DNA of 64,000 nt from Pirellulales bacterium (GTDB lineage: Bacteria; Planctomycetota; Planctomycetia; Pirellulales; JAEUIK01), in assembly GCA_965227275.1 (NCBI GenBank), contig CBDDFU010000001.1:3076979-3140978 (forward strand). Reading direction: 5' to 3'. Below the pieces are notes generated by a model that saw nothing but the letters and a program-made list of their open reading frames with translations, searched no databases and was not told the DNA's origin. Every line of letters starts with the position of its first letter. The stretch's first letter is position 1. A program made the translations under genes and the position numbers. Below are positions 36,103-46,850 of the stretch, piece after piece.

Positions 36103-38025
36103 CTAACTGACCTGGCGGTGTTCGGTTCCCTTGAGCGATAGACTTCGGTCGGCCATCTCGCGAGCCGATTTGACGATGCCTTCGACATCCAGGCCCAGGT
36201 CTTCCAGCAGTTCGCCCCGCTCTCCGTGCTCGATAAATCGATCGGGGATGCCCAGTCGCTTCACGACACGTGTATCGATCCCCGCTTCCACGGCGGCTTC
36301 CAGCACGGCACTGCCAAAGCCACCCATCAGGGCACCTTCTTCCACGGTCAGCACGAAGGGCGAAGATTCGATTAATGGCAGCAGGGTTTCCGTATCGAGC
36401 GGTTTGACGAACCGCGCGTTGACGACGCCAACATTCAGCCCTTGACGCTGCAGCAGTGCGGCGGCCTCGATGCAAGTGGTTAACAACGTGCCGCAGGCCA
36501 CGATCATCCCGTCGACGCCGTGCGAGATGACTTCGGCCCGGCCCAGTTCGATGGGGGCCACTTCGCGTTCCACGGTTTCGGCCGCCGTCTTGGGATATCG
36601 CATCGAGCAAGGGCTGTCGTGTGCCAGGGAGAATTCGAGCATTCGCGGTAGATCTTCCGCATCGCCGGGGGCCATGACCACCATGTTGGGGAACACCCGC
36701 ATGTACCCCAAGTCGAACATGCCATGATGCGTGGGACCATCGGGTCCCGTGAGCCCGGCTCGATCGAGCATGAAGGTGACCGGCAGATCTTGCAGAGCAA
36801 CTTCCTGAAACACCTGATCGAAGCTGCGTTGCAGGAACGTGCTGTAGATGTCGACGATGGGTCGCAGGCCAACCTTGGCTTGCCCGGCGGCAAACGCCAC
36901 GGCGTGCGACTCGCAAATGCCCGTGTCGAAGAAGCGGTCGGGGATTTCCTCGCGGATGGCTTCCAGCTTGTTGCCCTGACACATGGCGGCCGTCATGACC
37001 GTAACGCGATCGTCGGCCAACATCTGCTCGCGAATCGCATTGCTGGCCACGTTGGTGTAGGCCTGAGTCGAACTCTTTTTGATTGAGATCACGCACTCGG
37101 CTTCGTGCTCGAATTGAGGCGGCGTGTGAAAGAACACCGGATCTTCCGCAGCCGGTTTGAAGCCGTGTCCCTTCTCGGTCACCACATGCAACAGCACGGG
37201 GCCTTCGACGTCTTTCACCAATTCCAGGTACTTGCGAAGCTGCGCGATGTTGTGCCCATCGACGGGGCCGATGTAGCGGATGCCCAACTCTTCGAAGAGC
37301 ATGCCCCCGAACAGCCCGGCTTTGACCGAGGCTTTGGCGTGTTGCAGCCACCGTTCCACGGGATCGCCCAGCACCGGCAAATTGTGCAACACTTTCTGGA
37401 CTTCGGTTTTCAAACCCGTGTACATCGGGTTCACACGAAGTCGATCGAGATAGGCCGCCACGCCGCCGACGCGTGGGCAGATGGACATCTTGTTGTCGTT
37501 GAGGACAACCAGGAACCTTTTGTTCAGTTCGGCCGCGTTGTTCAGGGCCTCGAAAACGATCCCCGAGGGAAATGCCCCGTCGCCTATGACCGCCACGCTG
37601 TGCCGGTCTTCGTGGCCTGCAATGAGATCATCGCCCGCCTTGAGCCCCAACGCCGTTGAAACGCTGGCCCCGGCATGCCCGGTCATGAACAGATCGTATT
37701 GGCTTTCCCGCGGGTTGGGATACCCCATCAACCCGCCTTTGGTTCGCATGGTGCCGAACTCGTGAAAGCGGCCCGTGATCATCTTGTGCGGGTAGATCTG
37801 ATGGCCTGTGTCCCAGATCAGGCGGTCTTTGCTGAAATCGAACGACGTGTGCAGCGCCAGGCAAAGCTCGACCACACCAAGGTTCGAAGCAAAGTGGGCT
37901 GTACGGTTGCTGACCAACTCGCACAAGGCGGTACGCATTTCCGCGGCCAGCGCGTCGAGCTCTTCGATGCTAAACGACTGGAGGTCGTGGGGTGAGTCGA
38001 TCTGAGACAGCAACGACTTCATCAA
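36103..38025 (-). CDS. dxs: 1-deoxy-D-xylulose-5-phosphate synthase
   Basis: It has the N-terminal signature DTGHQIYPHKMITGR and TPP-binding and transketolase-like domains. The protein is 640 aa. Confidence 0.9.
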   Translation of the reverse strand: MMKSLLSQIDSPHDLQSFSIEELDALAAEMRTALCELVSNRTAHFASNLGVVELCLALHTSFDFSKDRLIWDTGHQIYPHKMITGRFHEFGTMRTKGGLMGYPNPRESQYDLFMTGHAGASVSTALGLKAGDDLIAGHEDRHSVAVIGDGAFPSGIVFEALNNAAELNKRFLVVLNDNKMSICPRVGGVAAYLDRLRVNPMYTGLKTEVQKVLHNLPVLGDPVERWLQHAKASVKAGLFGGMLFEELGIRYIGPVDGHNIAQLRKYLELVKDVEGPVLLHVVTEKGHGFKPAAEDPVFFHTPPQFEHEAECVISIKKSSTQAYTNVASNAIREQMLADDRVTVMTAAMCQGNKLEAIREEIPDRFFDTGICESHAVAFAAGQAKVGLRPIVDIYSTFLQRSFDQVFQEVALQDLPVTFMLDRAGLTGPDGPTHHGMFDLGYMRVFPNMVVMAPGDAEDLPRMLEFSLAHDSPCSMRYPKTAAETVEREVAPIELGRAEVISHGVDGMIVACGTLLTTCIEAAALLQRQGLNVGVVNARFVKPLDTETLLPLIESSPFVLTVEEGALMGGFGSAVLEAAVEAGIDTRVVKRLGIPDRFIEHGERGELLEDLGLDVEGIVKSAREMADRSLSLKGTEHRQVS

Positions 38026-38915
38026 CGATCCCTTTCCAACACGTAGCGAGCCAGGTCCGCCAATGTTCGCCCGCCGGCTCCGAACGGGGAAACCACACGC
38101 ACAGCTTCCTCGACAAGCTCGCTGGCCTGTCGCTCACTTGCCTCAATTCCCAGCAGTGCGGGAAATGTGAGTTTGCCTCGCTCCGAATCCTTCCCCACCC
38201 GTTTCCCCACGGCGCCCTGCTCGCCTCTTACATCGAGCAAGTCGTCGGTGATTTGGAATGCCAGGCCGAGTTTTTCGCCGTAAGTGGCCAGCGCGTTTCG
38301 CACACCATCGTCGGCCCTCGCGATCGTGGCTCCCAATTCCAGCGATACGCCGAGCAAGGCCCCCGTCTTTCGCTGGTGAATCGAGTGTAGTTGATCCGGG
38401 TCGCCTTCGCACTTTTCGCCCGCCAAGTCATCCACTTGCCCGCCGACCATGCCCTGGGGACCTGCCGCCTTGGCGAGCAGTGCCGAGCAGGAAGCAGCCA
38501 CTTCGGGTGGTTTGACGTCGCTGGCAAGGATTTCAAAGGCCCGGGTCAGTAGCGCGTCTCCGGCAAGGATAGCCATCGCTTCGCCAAAAACTTTGTGATT
38601 GGTCGGATTCCCGCGACGGAGATCGTCGTCATCCATGGCGGGCAGGTCGTCGTGAATCAGCGAATAGGTATGAACCATCTCTACCGCACAGGCCGCCGGC
38701 AGGGCACCCTGCGGGGGGCCATCCGCGACTTGCGTCGCTAACAACACCAGGACCGCACGCAGCCGCTTTCCGTTTGATAGCAGGCTATATCGCATCGCTT
38801 CTCGCAGAGCTTCCGGGTAGCCATCTGTCGCTGCGGTATAGGTGTCCAACGCAGCATCGATTTTGCCGCGAAGCACCTCCAGCGATTCAGCGAGCGAGGC
38901 AGCCGTCTGAACCAT
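38022..38915 (-). CDS. ispA: polyprenyl (farnesyl/geranylgeranyl) diphosphate synthase
   Basis: It has the FARM motif LIHDDLPAMDDDDLRRG and the SARM motif ITDDLLD. It overlaps dxs by 4 nt, the usual xseB-ispA-dxs arrangement. Confidence 0.85.
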   Translation of the reverse strand: MVQTAASLAESLEVLRGKIDAALDTYTAATDGYPEALREAMRYSLLSNGKRLRAVLVLLATQVADGPPQGALPAACAVEMVHTYSLIHDDLPAMDDDDLRRGNPTNHKVFGEAMAILAGDALLTRAFEILASDVKPPEVAASCSALLAKAAGPQGMVGGQVDDLAGEKCEGDPDQLHSIHQRKTGALLGVSLELGATIARADDGVRNALATYGEKLGLAFQITDDLLDVRGEQGAVGKRVGKDSERGKLTFPALLGIEASERQASELVEEAVRVVSPFGAGGRTLADLARYVLERDR

Positions 38916-38968
38916 AAGACTAACCGTGAAAACCTTTTGCGGCGCAACTTGATAAGTTGATTTCGATT

Positions 38969-39358
38969 CTAGAACAGCGACGGGGGATCGTCCATCGTTC
39001 CCGGCGATTCGGGGGGCTTCCGTTTCACCTTTTTCTTCCCCTTCTTAGCGATCTTGCGGCGCGAGCCGCGCGGTTGTTCCTGTTGCGCAAGCTCAAGCGA
39101 GGCCTCATCGTCGAAGGGGTCGGTTTGCGCGGCGTCTTCGTCGTCGGTTCCCGTGAGGAGTTCGATCTTGCGTTCGGCCTTCTCCAACATGCCGTAACAG
39201 CGGCGGAGCAACTTCACGCCCTTTTCATAGCGTTTCATTGCCTCGGTGAGCCCGATCTGCCCTTCTTCCAAGTCGTGGACAATGGTCTCCAACTGCTCCA
39301 AGGCATCTTCGAAGTCGATCTGCTCTTCCTGCTCGTGCTTTGCACGTATCTTTCCCAC
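38969..39358 (-). CDS. xseB: exodeoxyribonuclease VII small subunit with basic C-terminal extension
   Basis: The N-terminus FEDALEQLETIVHDLEEGQIGLTEAMKRYEKGVKLLRRC is XseB-like. The extra roughly 40 aa are Lys/Arg-rich. Confidence 0.8.
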   Translation of the reverse strand: MGKIRAKHEQEEQIDFEDALEQLETIVHDLEEGQIGLTEAMKRYEKGVKLLRRCYGMLEKAERKIELLTGTDDEDAAQTDPFDDEASLELAQQEQPRGSRRKIAKKGKKKVKRKPPESPGTMDDPPSLF

Positions 39359-39505
39359 GCCGAGTTCTCCGTCAGCTATTTAGCAAAATGCAAGCAGGTC
39401 ATTATTCAGAGCGCACCCATCGTCGCAAATCGAGTCCGACTTTGCAATGCAAAGTGCTCGGGTTTTTCGGCCAAATTTCCCACCGAAGTTCTTCAGGGCG
39501 GACGC

Positions 39506-40753
39506 TCATGCCTCGTCTTCGCGGGTATCGGCCACGACACTGCGGACTTCACCTTGGGAGAGTTGGGTGAGAAGAATCTGGCCTGCTTCGAGTGTGTTGG
39601 CGTCGCGCACGGGTTCGTCGCCGTTTTTCATTCGGGTGATGCTGTACCCTCGCTGAAGTACGGCATGGGGACTGAGCGATTCCAGTTGATTACCAATGGC
39701 ATCCAAACGGCCCCGCAGAAGCCTGGTTTGGTGCTGCATTGCGCGAGTCTTTCGCGAGGCGAGTTCGTCCAAACGTTGGGCCAAATCGTGAACCCTTTGG
39801 GCGGGACGCCGAAACGAAGTGCTGCCGGCCACGGCGTCGAGTCTCGATCGCGCCATGGCTGCACGACCGCGAAGTGCTGCGACCAGCCGTCGTTGATGTT
39901 GGCCCAGCAACTGTTGAATCTCCTCGGCCGCGGGCACGACACGTTCAGCCGCTTCACTGGGAGTAAGCGCCCGCACATCGGCCACCAGATCAGAGAGTGT
40001 GACGTCGATTTCGTGACCCACGGCGGATACGACCGGTAGCCGCGAGGCGAAGATGGCCCGCACGACGACTTCCTCGTTGAACGCCCACAAGTCTTCCAGG
40101 CTTCCTCCGCCACGACCGACCACCAGGCAATCGATATGGGGGTCGGTCAGTCGATTGGCCAGTTCGATTCCTTCGGCAATCTCTTCGGCCGCACCTTCGC
40201 CTTGAACGCGAGCCGGGATCACCAGCACATTGGCCCCACGCCAACGGCGACGAAGCACTTCCAGGAAATCGCGGATCGCCGCGCTGGTGGGGCTGGTCAC
40301 CACAGCCACGGTTCGTGGGAAGCGCGGAAGAGGGCGCTTCCGTGCGGGGTCGAACAGCCCTTCGGCTTCGAGTTTGGCCTTGAGTTGCCGTAGGGCCAGC
40401 TCCAAGGCGCCCATGCCACGCGGTTCGATCTGCTCGATCACCAATTGGTAACTTCCACGGGGAGCGTACACGTCGACGTGACCGTGACACACCACTTCCA
40501 GTCCGTCGTGCATGTCGAATCGCACTCGGGACGCGGTGCCTCGCCACATGACGGCGCGTATTTGGGCGTCGGAATCTTTCAGTGTGAGATAGCAGTGGCC
40601 CGATTGGGGCCGCGAAAAGTTGGAAATTTCGCCGCTCACCCACACATCGGGAAAGGCCCCTTCCAACAGGTCTTTGATTGAGGCCGTAAGTTGAGAGACC
40701 GAGAGCACGCCCCGGGCGTCATCGAGATGTTTGAAAAGCCCAGAATCGGACAT
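39506..40753 (-). CDS. xseA: exodeoxyribonuclease VII large subunit
   Basis: It has an OB-fold N-terminus (LSVSQLTASIKDLLEGAFPDVWVSGEISNF) and a catalytic core. It lies upstream of xseB. Confidence 0.85.
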   Translation of the reverse strand: MSDSGLFKHLDDARGVLSVSQLTASIKDLLEGAFPDVWVSGEISNFSRPQSGHCYLTLKDSDAQIRAVMWRGTASRVRFDMHDGLEVVCHGHVDVYAPRGSYQLVIEQIEPRGMGALELALRQLKAKLEAEGLFDPARKRPLPRFPRTVAVVTSPTSAAIRDFLEVLRRRWRGANVLVIPARVQGEGAAEEIAEGIELANRLTDPHIDCLVVGRGGGSLEDLWAFNEEVVVRAIFASRLPVVSAVGHEIDVTLSDLVADVRALTPSEAAERVVPAAEEIQQLLGQHQRRLVAALRGRAAMARSRLDAVAGSTSFRRPAQRVHDLAQRLDELASRKTRAMQHQTRLLRGRLDAIGNQLESLSPHAVLQRGYSITRMKNGDEPVRDANTLEAGQILLTQLSQGEVRSVVADTREDEA

Positions 40754-40806
40754 CGGGTACTTGGGGGCCGGAAAGACAGCGAATCGTCAACCAATGCAGG
40801 GCGTCA

Positions 40807-41619
40807 CTATACTGCGGCCCGAGACGGTTCACTACCCTTGGTTCTTTCGGCCGTCAAACGCAGCAGATGTGGCGTTTCGTTGGTTTCGGTCGGCTCGACT
40901 CGTTGGCAGGCCAGCGGGGCAGTCGCGGGGTGACCGACGATGTCGCCTTCACGTCGGGTGCCCGACTCGGCCCAGGCTTCCGCTTCTTCCGTCAAGCGGT
41001 TGAGCATACGTTCCACTTGTTGCCGGTAGTGCTCGATGCCGTCGCGGTCGAGCTTGGGGGGGAGAAAGAGTTCGGGGCTGAGGATCGCTCGCCCGCGAGA
41101 ATAAGGGCGCGGCAAGGCAAAACGATCCCAACTTCCAAACCGCCAAGGGCGATGGTATCCCATGCCCATCAGCACCAACGGAATTCCCAATCGGGAAGCT
41201 AGAAAGATCGGGCCCTGCGACAAGACTCGGCGTGGCCCGCGCGGTCCATCGGGGGTAATGGCCAGGTGCATGGACTGACTCTTTCGCAACAACTCGCGAA
41301 GGGCCGCAACGCCGCCACGGTTGGTCGAGCCACGGACACAGGCAAACCCCAGATGTCGTGCCACGTAACTCAGTATCTCGGCGTCCGAATGGCGGCTTAA
41401 CAGCATCGCCAGGTTGCAATGCCCGCGAAGGCTCAGCGGGAACAAAATGTACTCGTGCCAGAACAAGAAGATCTTTTGTCCGCTGCAGCGAGGGTCGGCC
41501 GGGTCTACTTCGGGGGTGTACAGTTGGGCTCGATATTCCAGCGTGCCCATCCAGCGGCGAACTGCCGACGCAGTGAACAACCCTGCGGATTTGAAGATCA
41601 AGGGGCTGCGAATTTTCAC
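40807..41619 (-). CDS. DUF374-type lysophospholipid-acyltransferase-like protein
   Basis: The pattern resembles the DUF374 family (FLFWHEYILFPL...LLSRHSDAEILSYVARHLGFACVRGS...LAITPDGPRGP). Confidence 0.6.
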   Translation of the reverse strand: MKIRSPLIFKSAGLFTASAVRRWMGTLEYRAQLYTPEVDPADPRCSGQKIFLFWHEYILFPLSLRGHCNLAMLLSRHSDAEILSYVARHLGFACVRGSTNRGGVAALRELLRKSQSMHLAITPDGPRGPRRVLSQGPIFLASRLGIPLVLMGMGYHRPWRFGSWDRFALPRPYSRGRAILSPELFLPPKLDRDGIEHYRQQVERMLNRLTEEAEAWAESGTRREGDIVGHPATAPLACQRVEPTETNETPHLLRLTAERTKGSEPSRAAV

Positions 41620-41681
41620 GGTCGCGGTTTCCTTACCTCGAATCGATCGTGCACTCTTGCGAATTGCCGGCCAAATCTCCG

Positions 41682-42539
41682 TTAAACCGAGTGGTTCCAG
41701 TCACCAGAGAATACTTCAGTTGCCGGCCCCGTCATATAGACATGATCGTCATCGCCCCACTCCAACTGAAGATCGCCGCCCAGCAGCCGGACGGTGATGC
41801 GGCGTTCGGTCCTACCGCTGAGTACCCCGGCCACGCAAACTGCGCAAGCACCCGTGCCGCAAGCTTGCGTTTCGCCGCTGCCACGCTCCCACACCCGCAT
41901 GCGAACCTCGCTGGGGGAGAGAACCTCGATAAATTCAGCATTCACTCGGTTGGGGAAGGCCGCATGCTTCTCGATCTTCGGGCCCAGTCGGAACACATGA
42001 TCGTCGGTAACCTGGTCCACAAAGGTAATGCAATGTGGGTTGCCCATCGAAACGCAGGTCACCACAAGTTGTTCACCTTCGACTTCCAAGGCAACATTCA
42101 CCGCGGGGCCGTCGCCGGATGGCGCCTTGAGTTTCGTCGGAACTTCGTCCGGCGTTAACACGGGAATCCCCATGTCGACACGAACCTGATCGACGAGGCC
42201 CGTTTCGGGTTCCGTCTGAAGTTCCAGACTCAACACCCCGGCACCCGTTTCGATGTTCAACTTCTCTCGGCGGCAGATTTCGTGATCGTAGACGTACTTG
42301 GCAACGCAGCGAATTCCGTTGCCGCACATTTCTGCTTCTGACCCGTCGGCGTTGAACATCCGCATGCGTGCATCTGCCTTGTCCGAAGGGCAGATCAGAA
42401 TGAGCCCGTCTCCCCCCACGCCCTTGTGTCGGTCGGCAATCTGGATCGCCAATGATTTGGGGTCCGCAGGCTCCGGCTCTTCAAAGCAATTGACATACAC
42501 ATAGTCGTTTCCGGCTCCGTGCATCTTGGTAAACCGCAT
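41682..42539 (-). CDS. dapF: diaminopimelate epimerase
   Basis: It has [11 protein letters not shown] and the catalytic Cys context CGNGIRC. The start was set at the internal Met MRFTKMHG (ATG 42539..42537). Confidence 0.9.
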   Translation of the reverse strand: MRFTKMHGAGNDYVYVNCFEEPEPADPKSLAIQIADRHKGVGGDGLILICPSDKADARMRMFNADGSEAEMCGNGIRCVAKYVYDHEICRREKLNIETGAGVLSLELQTEPETGLVDQVRVDMGIPVLTPDEVPTKLKAPSGDGPAVNVALEVEGEQLVVTCVSMGNPHCITFVDQVTDDHVFRLGPKIEKHAAFPNRVNAEFIEVLSPSEVRMRVWERGSGETQACGTGACAVCVAGVLSGRTERRITVRLLGGDLQLEWGDDDHVYMTGPATEVFSGDWNHSV

Positions 42540-42729
42540 GACATATTCTCGTTGATCGAATCGTAGGTCAGTTGCGCCGGCCTTACTCCATGACACCGGG
42601 GCGAACACTTGGGTTCAACCGGGCAGGGCAGTCAAAACTGCACGCCAAGCGAAGGGTGGAAAAGTTTACTCCCGAGCCACAAACGCGGCAAACCCCGATT
42701 GCAGAGACGGTCTAGAAGTGGACAGATAG

Positions 42730-42924
42730 CCCAGCCGCATGTCGGCTGGGTCGACGCAGTCGACAAGACGCCCTGTGTGGAAGTTGCAATCGGAATAAAA
42801 GTTAGGGCTCGCTACCTGTTTTCCCGCCGCACGGGTGCCCTGACAAGCCGGATCTTGCTTGTCGTGTGATACGCACTTCAGAGCATCTTGTCGCCAAGGG
42901 CGACCCAGCCGACATGCGGCTGGG
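42730..42924. repeat. perfect 21-bp inverted repeat pair (each arm itself palindromic) flanking 153 bp; MITE/BIME-like
   Basis: CCCAGCCGCATGTCGGCTGGG at 42730..42750 and its exact reverse complement CCCAGCCGACATGCGGCTGGG at 42904..42924 lie in the dapF-Rieske intergenic region. Confidence 0.6.
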
Positions 42925-42995
42925 CTACCCCGAGGTGTGATGAAGACTCGTATTCCCTGGACAGGCAGAACACGACTGTTGTCCATGCGACGTCG

Positions 42996-43304
42996 CTATC
43001 CGACGCGAACCTGGATTTCGTCGCCCAGCACGCGGACCTCGAAGGCTTCGACTTTGAGTTTCGGATTGTCCCGCCACGTGCCGTCTCGGATATCAAACCG
43101 CCAGGCATGCCACGGACAGGCCACCACACCATCGCAAACTTCGCCTTCGGCCAGCGACGCTCCTTGATGAGGGCAGATGCTGTCGATGGCAAACCATTGG
43201 TCGTTCTCTCGAAACACGGCCACCAGGCGCCCGTTCACTTCGAACGCCTCGCCCTGTCCCTCTGGGATGGAATCGGTCTTCGCGACGGTAACGAAGTCTG
43301 CCAT
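42996..43304 (-). CDS. Rieske [2Fe-2S] domain protein (NirD-like small subunit)
   Basis: It has CPHQG ... CPWH ligand boxes and is about 100 aa. Confidence 0.8.
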   Translation of the reverse strand: MADFVTVAKTDSIPEGQGEAFEVNGRLVAVFRENDQWFAIDSICPHQGASLAEGEVCDGVVACPWHAWRFDIRDGTWRDNPKLKVEAFEVRVLGDEIQVRVG

Positions 43305-43484
43305 GAGCAACGTGCGGTTTCAGTAACAAGGTAAGGTCAGCGAAGTCTCGGGCTTGCCACTCACCCCGCGGGGAGTTGATTGGCCAACGCAGGGATCTGA
43401 GTCTACCGACGCGACCGTTGATGGTCCATTGTCTCCGCGGCAGGGGAGTGTCCCAAGATCGTGTTGATTGAGGTAAGAATTCCC

Positions 43485-43621
43485 GGGTGCCTCCGCTGGC
43501 TTGTCCAGCGGTGAAAACTGGACAGAAGAGCAGGTCAATTCAAGAGGGTCGTTGCACGAACGGCTATGTGGCGCTCTGAACACCCAGCGTAGGCACCGCT
43601 GGACAAGCCAGCGGTGGCACC
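43485..43621. repeat. intergenic palindromic repeat element, copy A (hairpin-containing inverted arms around an 81-bp core)
   Basis: The left arm GGGTGCCTCCGCTGGCTTGTCCAGCGGTG (43485..43513) and the right arm CACCGCTGGACAAGCCAGCGGTGGCACC (43594..43621) are reverse complements of each other. Each arm also folds on itself (CCGCTGG-CTTGT-CCAGCGG). Homology to copy B continues for about 20-45 bp outside both arms. Confidence 0.8.
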
Positions 43622-43798
43622 AATCCATCATGCAGAGTCTTCAGACAACGGGAACTTAGGAGCCTACCCCCGGCAGGGTTCACCATCCGGCGAACCCCCT
43701 CGCGGGACTTGCGAGGCCGCGCTTGGTGTGAAACACTGCTGGCGATTCAATTCCAGCGAAGTCACTTTCAATACCACCGATGAGGCGAGCCTTCGACC

Positions 43799-44596
43799 AT
43801 GAGAACCAATCCTGTCAAACGCAAACTTCAGGCCGGCGAACCAAGCTTCGGCACCTGGCTTTCGTTGGGTGATTTGTATGCCACGCGGGTGTTGGCACGC
43901 ATGGGCTTCGACTGGCTTACCCTCGACATCGAACACTCGGCCATCGATTGGTCGCAAGCCGCCATGATCTTCGGGGCGATTGCCGACGCCGGCTGTGTCC
44001 CGTTGGCGCGTGTGCCGAAAGGGAATCACGATTACATCAAGCGAGTGCTCGACGCAGGCGCTTGGGGAATTGTGGTGCCGATGGTCAACACGGTCGAGCA
44101 GGCCAAGATTGCGATTGCCGCGGCCAAGTATCCGCCGGAGGGCAATCGAAGTCTGGGCGGCGGCATGCACGCCATGAACTTCGACACCACGGCTGGTGAG
44201 TACTATCAGAAGGCCAACGACGAGATTCTCGTCATCCTGCAAACCGAAAGCCCCACCGGTGTGCAAAACGCCAAGGAGATCTACTCGCTGCAAGGGGTCG
44301 ACGCCATTTTCGTCGGCCCGGTCGATCTCAGGGCCAACATGCGAGACGACGATGGTACCGAGGCCACCGACGAAGAATTCGAAGAGACGCTGGCCCGGAT
44401 CATCGCGATCGGCCGCGAGACGGGCACTCCGACCGGGATGCACACGATGGATGCCTCCGCGGCATTGGCTCGCGCTGAGCAGGGCATGCAGTACATCGCC
44501 ATCGGCAGCGATTTGCGGCTGATGACCGTGGCGGCCAGTGAAGTCATCGCGAAGGTCGCCCCGGACGCGGCCGGCAAAGAGTCGGCCAGGTACTAA
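43799..44596 (+). CDS. HpcH/HpaI-family aldolase
   Basis: It has a TIM-barrel aldolase pattern ([28 protein letters not shown] ... [11 protein letters not shown] ... FVGPVDL). Confidence 0.8.
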   Translation: MRTNPVKRKLQAGEPSFGTWLSLGDLYATRVLARMGFDWLTLDIEHSAIDWSQAAMIFGAIADAGCVPLARVPKGNHDYIKRVLDAGAWGIVVPMVNTVEQAKIAIAAAKYPPEGNRSLGGGMHAMNFDTTAGEYYQKANDEILVILQTESPTGVQNAKEIYSLQGVDAIFVGPVDLRANMRDDDGTEATDEEFEETLARIIAIGRETGTPTGMHTMDASAALARAEQGMQYIAIGSDLRLMTVAASEVIAKVAPDAAGKESARY

Positions 44597-44638
44597 GCCG
44601 TTTCGCCAAACGCTTCGATTTTCCGTGGATAGTGCGCC

Positions 44639-45868
44639 ATGAGTGTCTTTGTCCTTGCCACGCTCGATACGAAAGGGCAGGAAGCGCAGTATTTGTGTCG
44701 CCGCCTTCGCGATTTAAGTGTCGAAGTGTGTCTGGTCGACACGGGCTGTGTCGGTTCACCTGCGGTCGCAGCCGACGTAAGCCGAGAAGAACTCTTTGCC
44801 GTCGGCGACTTCTCGCTGGCCGAACTGCAGGCTCAGGGCGACCGCGGCAAAGCAATCACCGCTGCCGCCACTGCCGCTGCCGCGTTGCTGCGACGCGAAC
44901 ATGCCGCTGGCAAAGTCGACGGGGTGTTGGGCATCGGCGGATCGGCAGGTTCCACGATTGCCACCGCCGCGATGCGGGCGCTTCCTCTGGGGGTGCCGAA
45001 ATTGATGGTCAGCACCTTGGCCTCCGGGCAAGTGCGACAGTATGTCGGCGACAAAGATATCTTCATGCTCAACTCCGTGGTCGACATCCTCGGGCTGAAC
45101 CGCATCAGCCGAACCGTCTTCGACGAAGCCGCCCGGGCGATGGCCGGCATGGTTACACTCGAACTCGACGAACACTTCGGCGACGATCGACCGCTGGTGG
45201 CTGCCACCATGTTTGGGGTGACCACCCCCTGCGTGGAACGAGCGCGAGAAGTGCTCGAAGAGGCCGGATTCGAAGTCCTGGTTTTTCACGCCACCGGAAA
45301 TGGCGGGCAAGCAATGGAGTCCCTCATTGCAGAGGGGCTAGTTGCCGGGGTGCTCGACATCACCACCACCGAACTAGCCGACGAGTTGGTTGGCGGCTTC
45401 CTCAGCGCTGGCCCCAAACGTCTTACGGCCGCTACCGAACATGGCATCCCGCAGGTTGTCTCCGTGGGGGCGACCGATATGGTGAACTTTCACGGGCCGG
45501 ATACCGTTCCTCCGCAGTTCGCCGATCGCCTGTTCTACGAACACAATCCGACCGTCACCCTGATGCGGACAACGCCCGAGGAAAATCAACGCATCGGTGC
45601 GGATATTGGCCGAAAGCTTGCCCCCGCGGGAAGTCGTGCCGTCGTCCTCTTGCCGCAACGAGGCGTGTCGGCGATTGACGCCGAAGAAAAACCGTTCAAC
45701 GACCCACAGGCCCGAGCCGCGTTGTTCACCGCGGTGCAGGAAAACGCCGGCAACGTGGAGTGCCGCGTTCTCGATAACCACATCAACGATGCGGTCTTTG
45801 CCAAAACGGCCGCCCAGGAACTCATCACCTTGATTCGACAGACATCGCCGGGGAGCTGCACCGAATGA
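44639..45868 (+). CDS. UPF0261 (Tm-1-like) family protein
   Basis: It has the family-typical N-terminus [16 protein letters not shown] and Gly-rich loops. Its stop overlaps the start of the next gene by 4 nt. Confidence 0.75.
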   Translation: MSVFVLATLDTKGQEAQYLCRRLRDLSVEVCLVDTGCVGSPAVAADVSREELFAVGDFSLAELQAQGDRGKAITAAATAAAALLRREHAAGKVDGVLGIGGSAGSTIATAAMRALPLGVPKLMVSTLASGQVRQYVGDKDIFMLNSVVDILGLNRISRTVFDEAARAMAGMVTLELDEHFGDDRPLVAATMFGVTTPCVERAREVLEEAGFEVLVFHATGNGGQAMESLIAEGLVAGVLDITTTELADELVGGFLSAGPKRLTAATEHGIPQVVSVGATDMVNFHGPDTVPPQFADRLFYEHNPTVTLMRTTPEENQRIGADIGRKLAPAGSRAVVLLPQRGVSAIDAEEKPFNDPQARAALFTAVQENAGNVECRVLDNHINDAVFAKTAAQELITLIRQTSPGSCTE

Positions 45869-46698
45869 GTTTGTTCTCGCGTGAATCCATTCTCAGCAAG
45901 CTACGGGCAAAGGTCGAATCGGGACAGCCGATCATCGGCGGAGGTGCGGGTACCGGGATCAGCGCTAAACTTGCCGAGGCCGGCGGCATCGATCTGCTGG
46001 TCATTTACAACTCCGGCCGGTTTCGAATGGGAGGACGCGGTTCACTGGCCGGGCTGATGCCCTACGGCGACGCCAACGGAATTGTTATGGATATGGCACG
46101 CGAGGTGTTACCCGTCGTCAAGCACACTCCCGTGTTGGCAGGGGTCTGCGGAACGGATCCGTTTCGCGTGATGAAGCTTTTTCTGGCAGAGGTCGATCGA
46201 CAAGGATTCTCCGGCGTTCAGAATTTTCCCACGGTGGGGCTGATCGACGGAACGTTCCGAGCAAACCTCGAAGAAACTGGAATGAGCTTCGGTCTCGAAG
46301 TTGACATGATCCGCGTGGCCCACGAAATGAACTTGCTGACGACCCCTTATGCCTTTAATCCCGAAGAGGCCACCTCGTTGGCCGAGGCGGGGGCCGACAT
46401 TCTGATTCCGCACATGGGGTTAACCACCAAGGGTTCGATCGGTGCCGAGACGGCGCTCACCCTGGAGGAATCGGCCAAGCGTGTGCAAGCGATGCATGAT
46501 GCTGCCAAGCGGGCGAACCATGAGATTCTGGTGCTTTGCCACGGCGGGCCGATTGCCGAACCAGAAGACGCCCAATACATCTTGGACCATACCGAGGGCA
46601 TCGTGGGATTCTACGGCGCCAGCAGCATGGAACGCTTGCCGGTGGAACCCGCCATCACCAATCGGGTCCGCGAGTTCGGAGCGTTGCGTTTCTCCTAG
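45865..46698 (+). CDS. phosphoenolpyruvate-hydrolase-like TIM-barrel protein (usual partner of UPF0261)
   Basis: The pattern is [33 protein letters not shown]... The pairing with UPF0261 is a known conserved gene pair, and the two are fused in plant Tm-1. Confidence 0.75.
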   Translation: MSLFSRESILSKLRAKVESGQPIIGGGAGTGISAKLAEAGGIDLLVIYNSGRFRMGGRGSLAGLMPYGDANGIVMDMAREVLPVVKHTPVLAGVCGTDPFRVMKLFLAEVDRQGFSGVQNFPTVGLIDGTFRANLEETGMSFGLEVDMIRVAHEMNLLTTPYAFNPEEATSLAEAGADILIPHMGLTTKGSIGAETALTLEESAKRVQAMHDAAKRANHEILVLCHGGPIAEPEDAQYILDHTEGIVGFYGASSMERLPVEPAITNRVREFGALRFS

Positions 46699-46850
46699 CG
46701 CCATCATGCCAGCGTTCGGCAATCTTCGATCGCTAGCATCCGCTGCGTTGCTCCATCGTTTTGACCTTGGCCGCGAAGCGGCAGTTCTGATAAGGTCCGC
46801 CGCGGGTATTCTCCCGCATTCCACTTTCGTGGTTACTCATCTACCGGCTT

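Noticed and set aside
36017-37351. 444-aa Arg-rich ORF in an alternative frame of the dxs region (also 36504..36893)
   Set aside because: Dxs (36103..38025) has textbook motifs. The alternative frame is a GC-rich shadow ORF.
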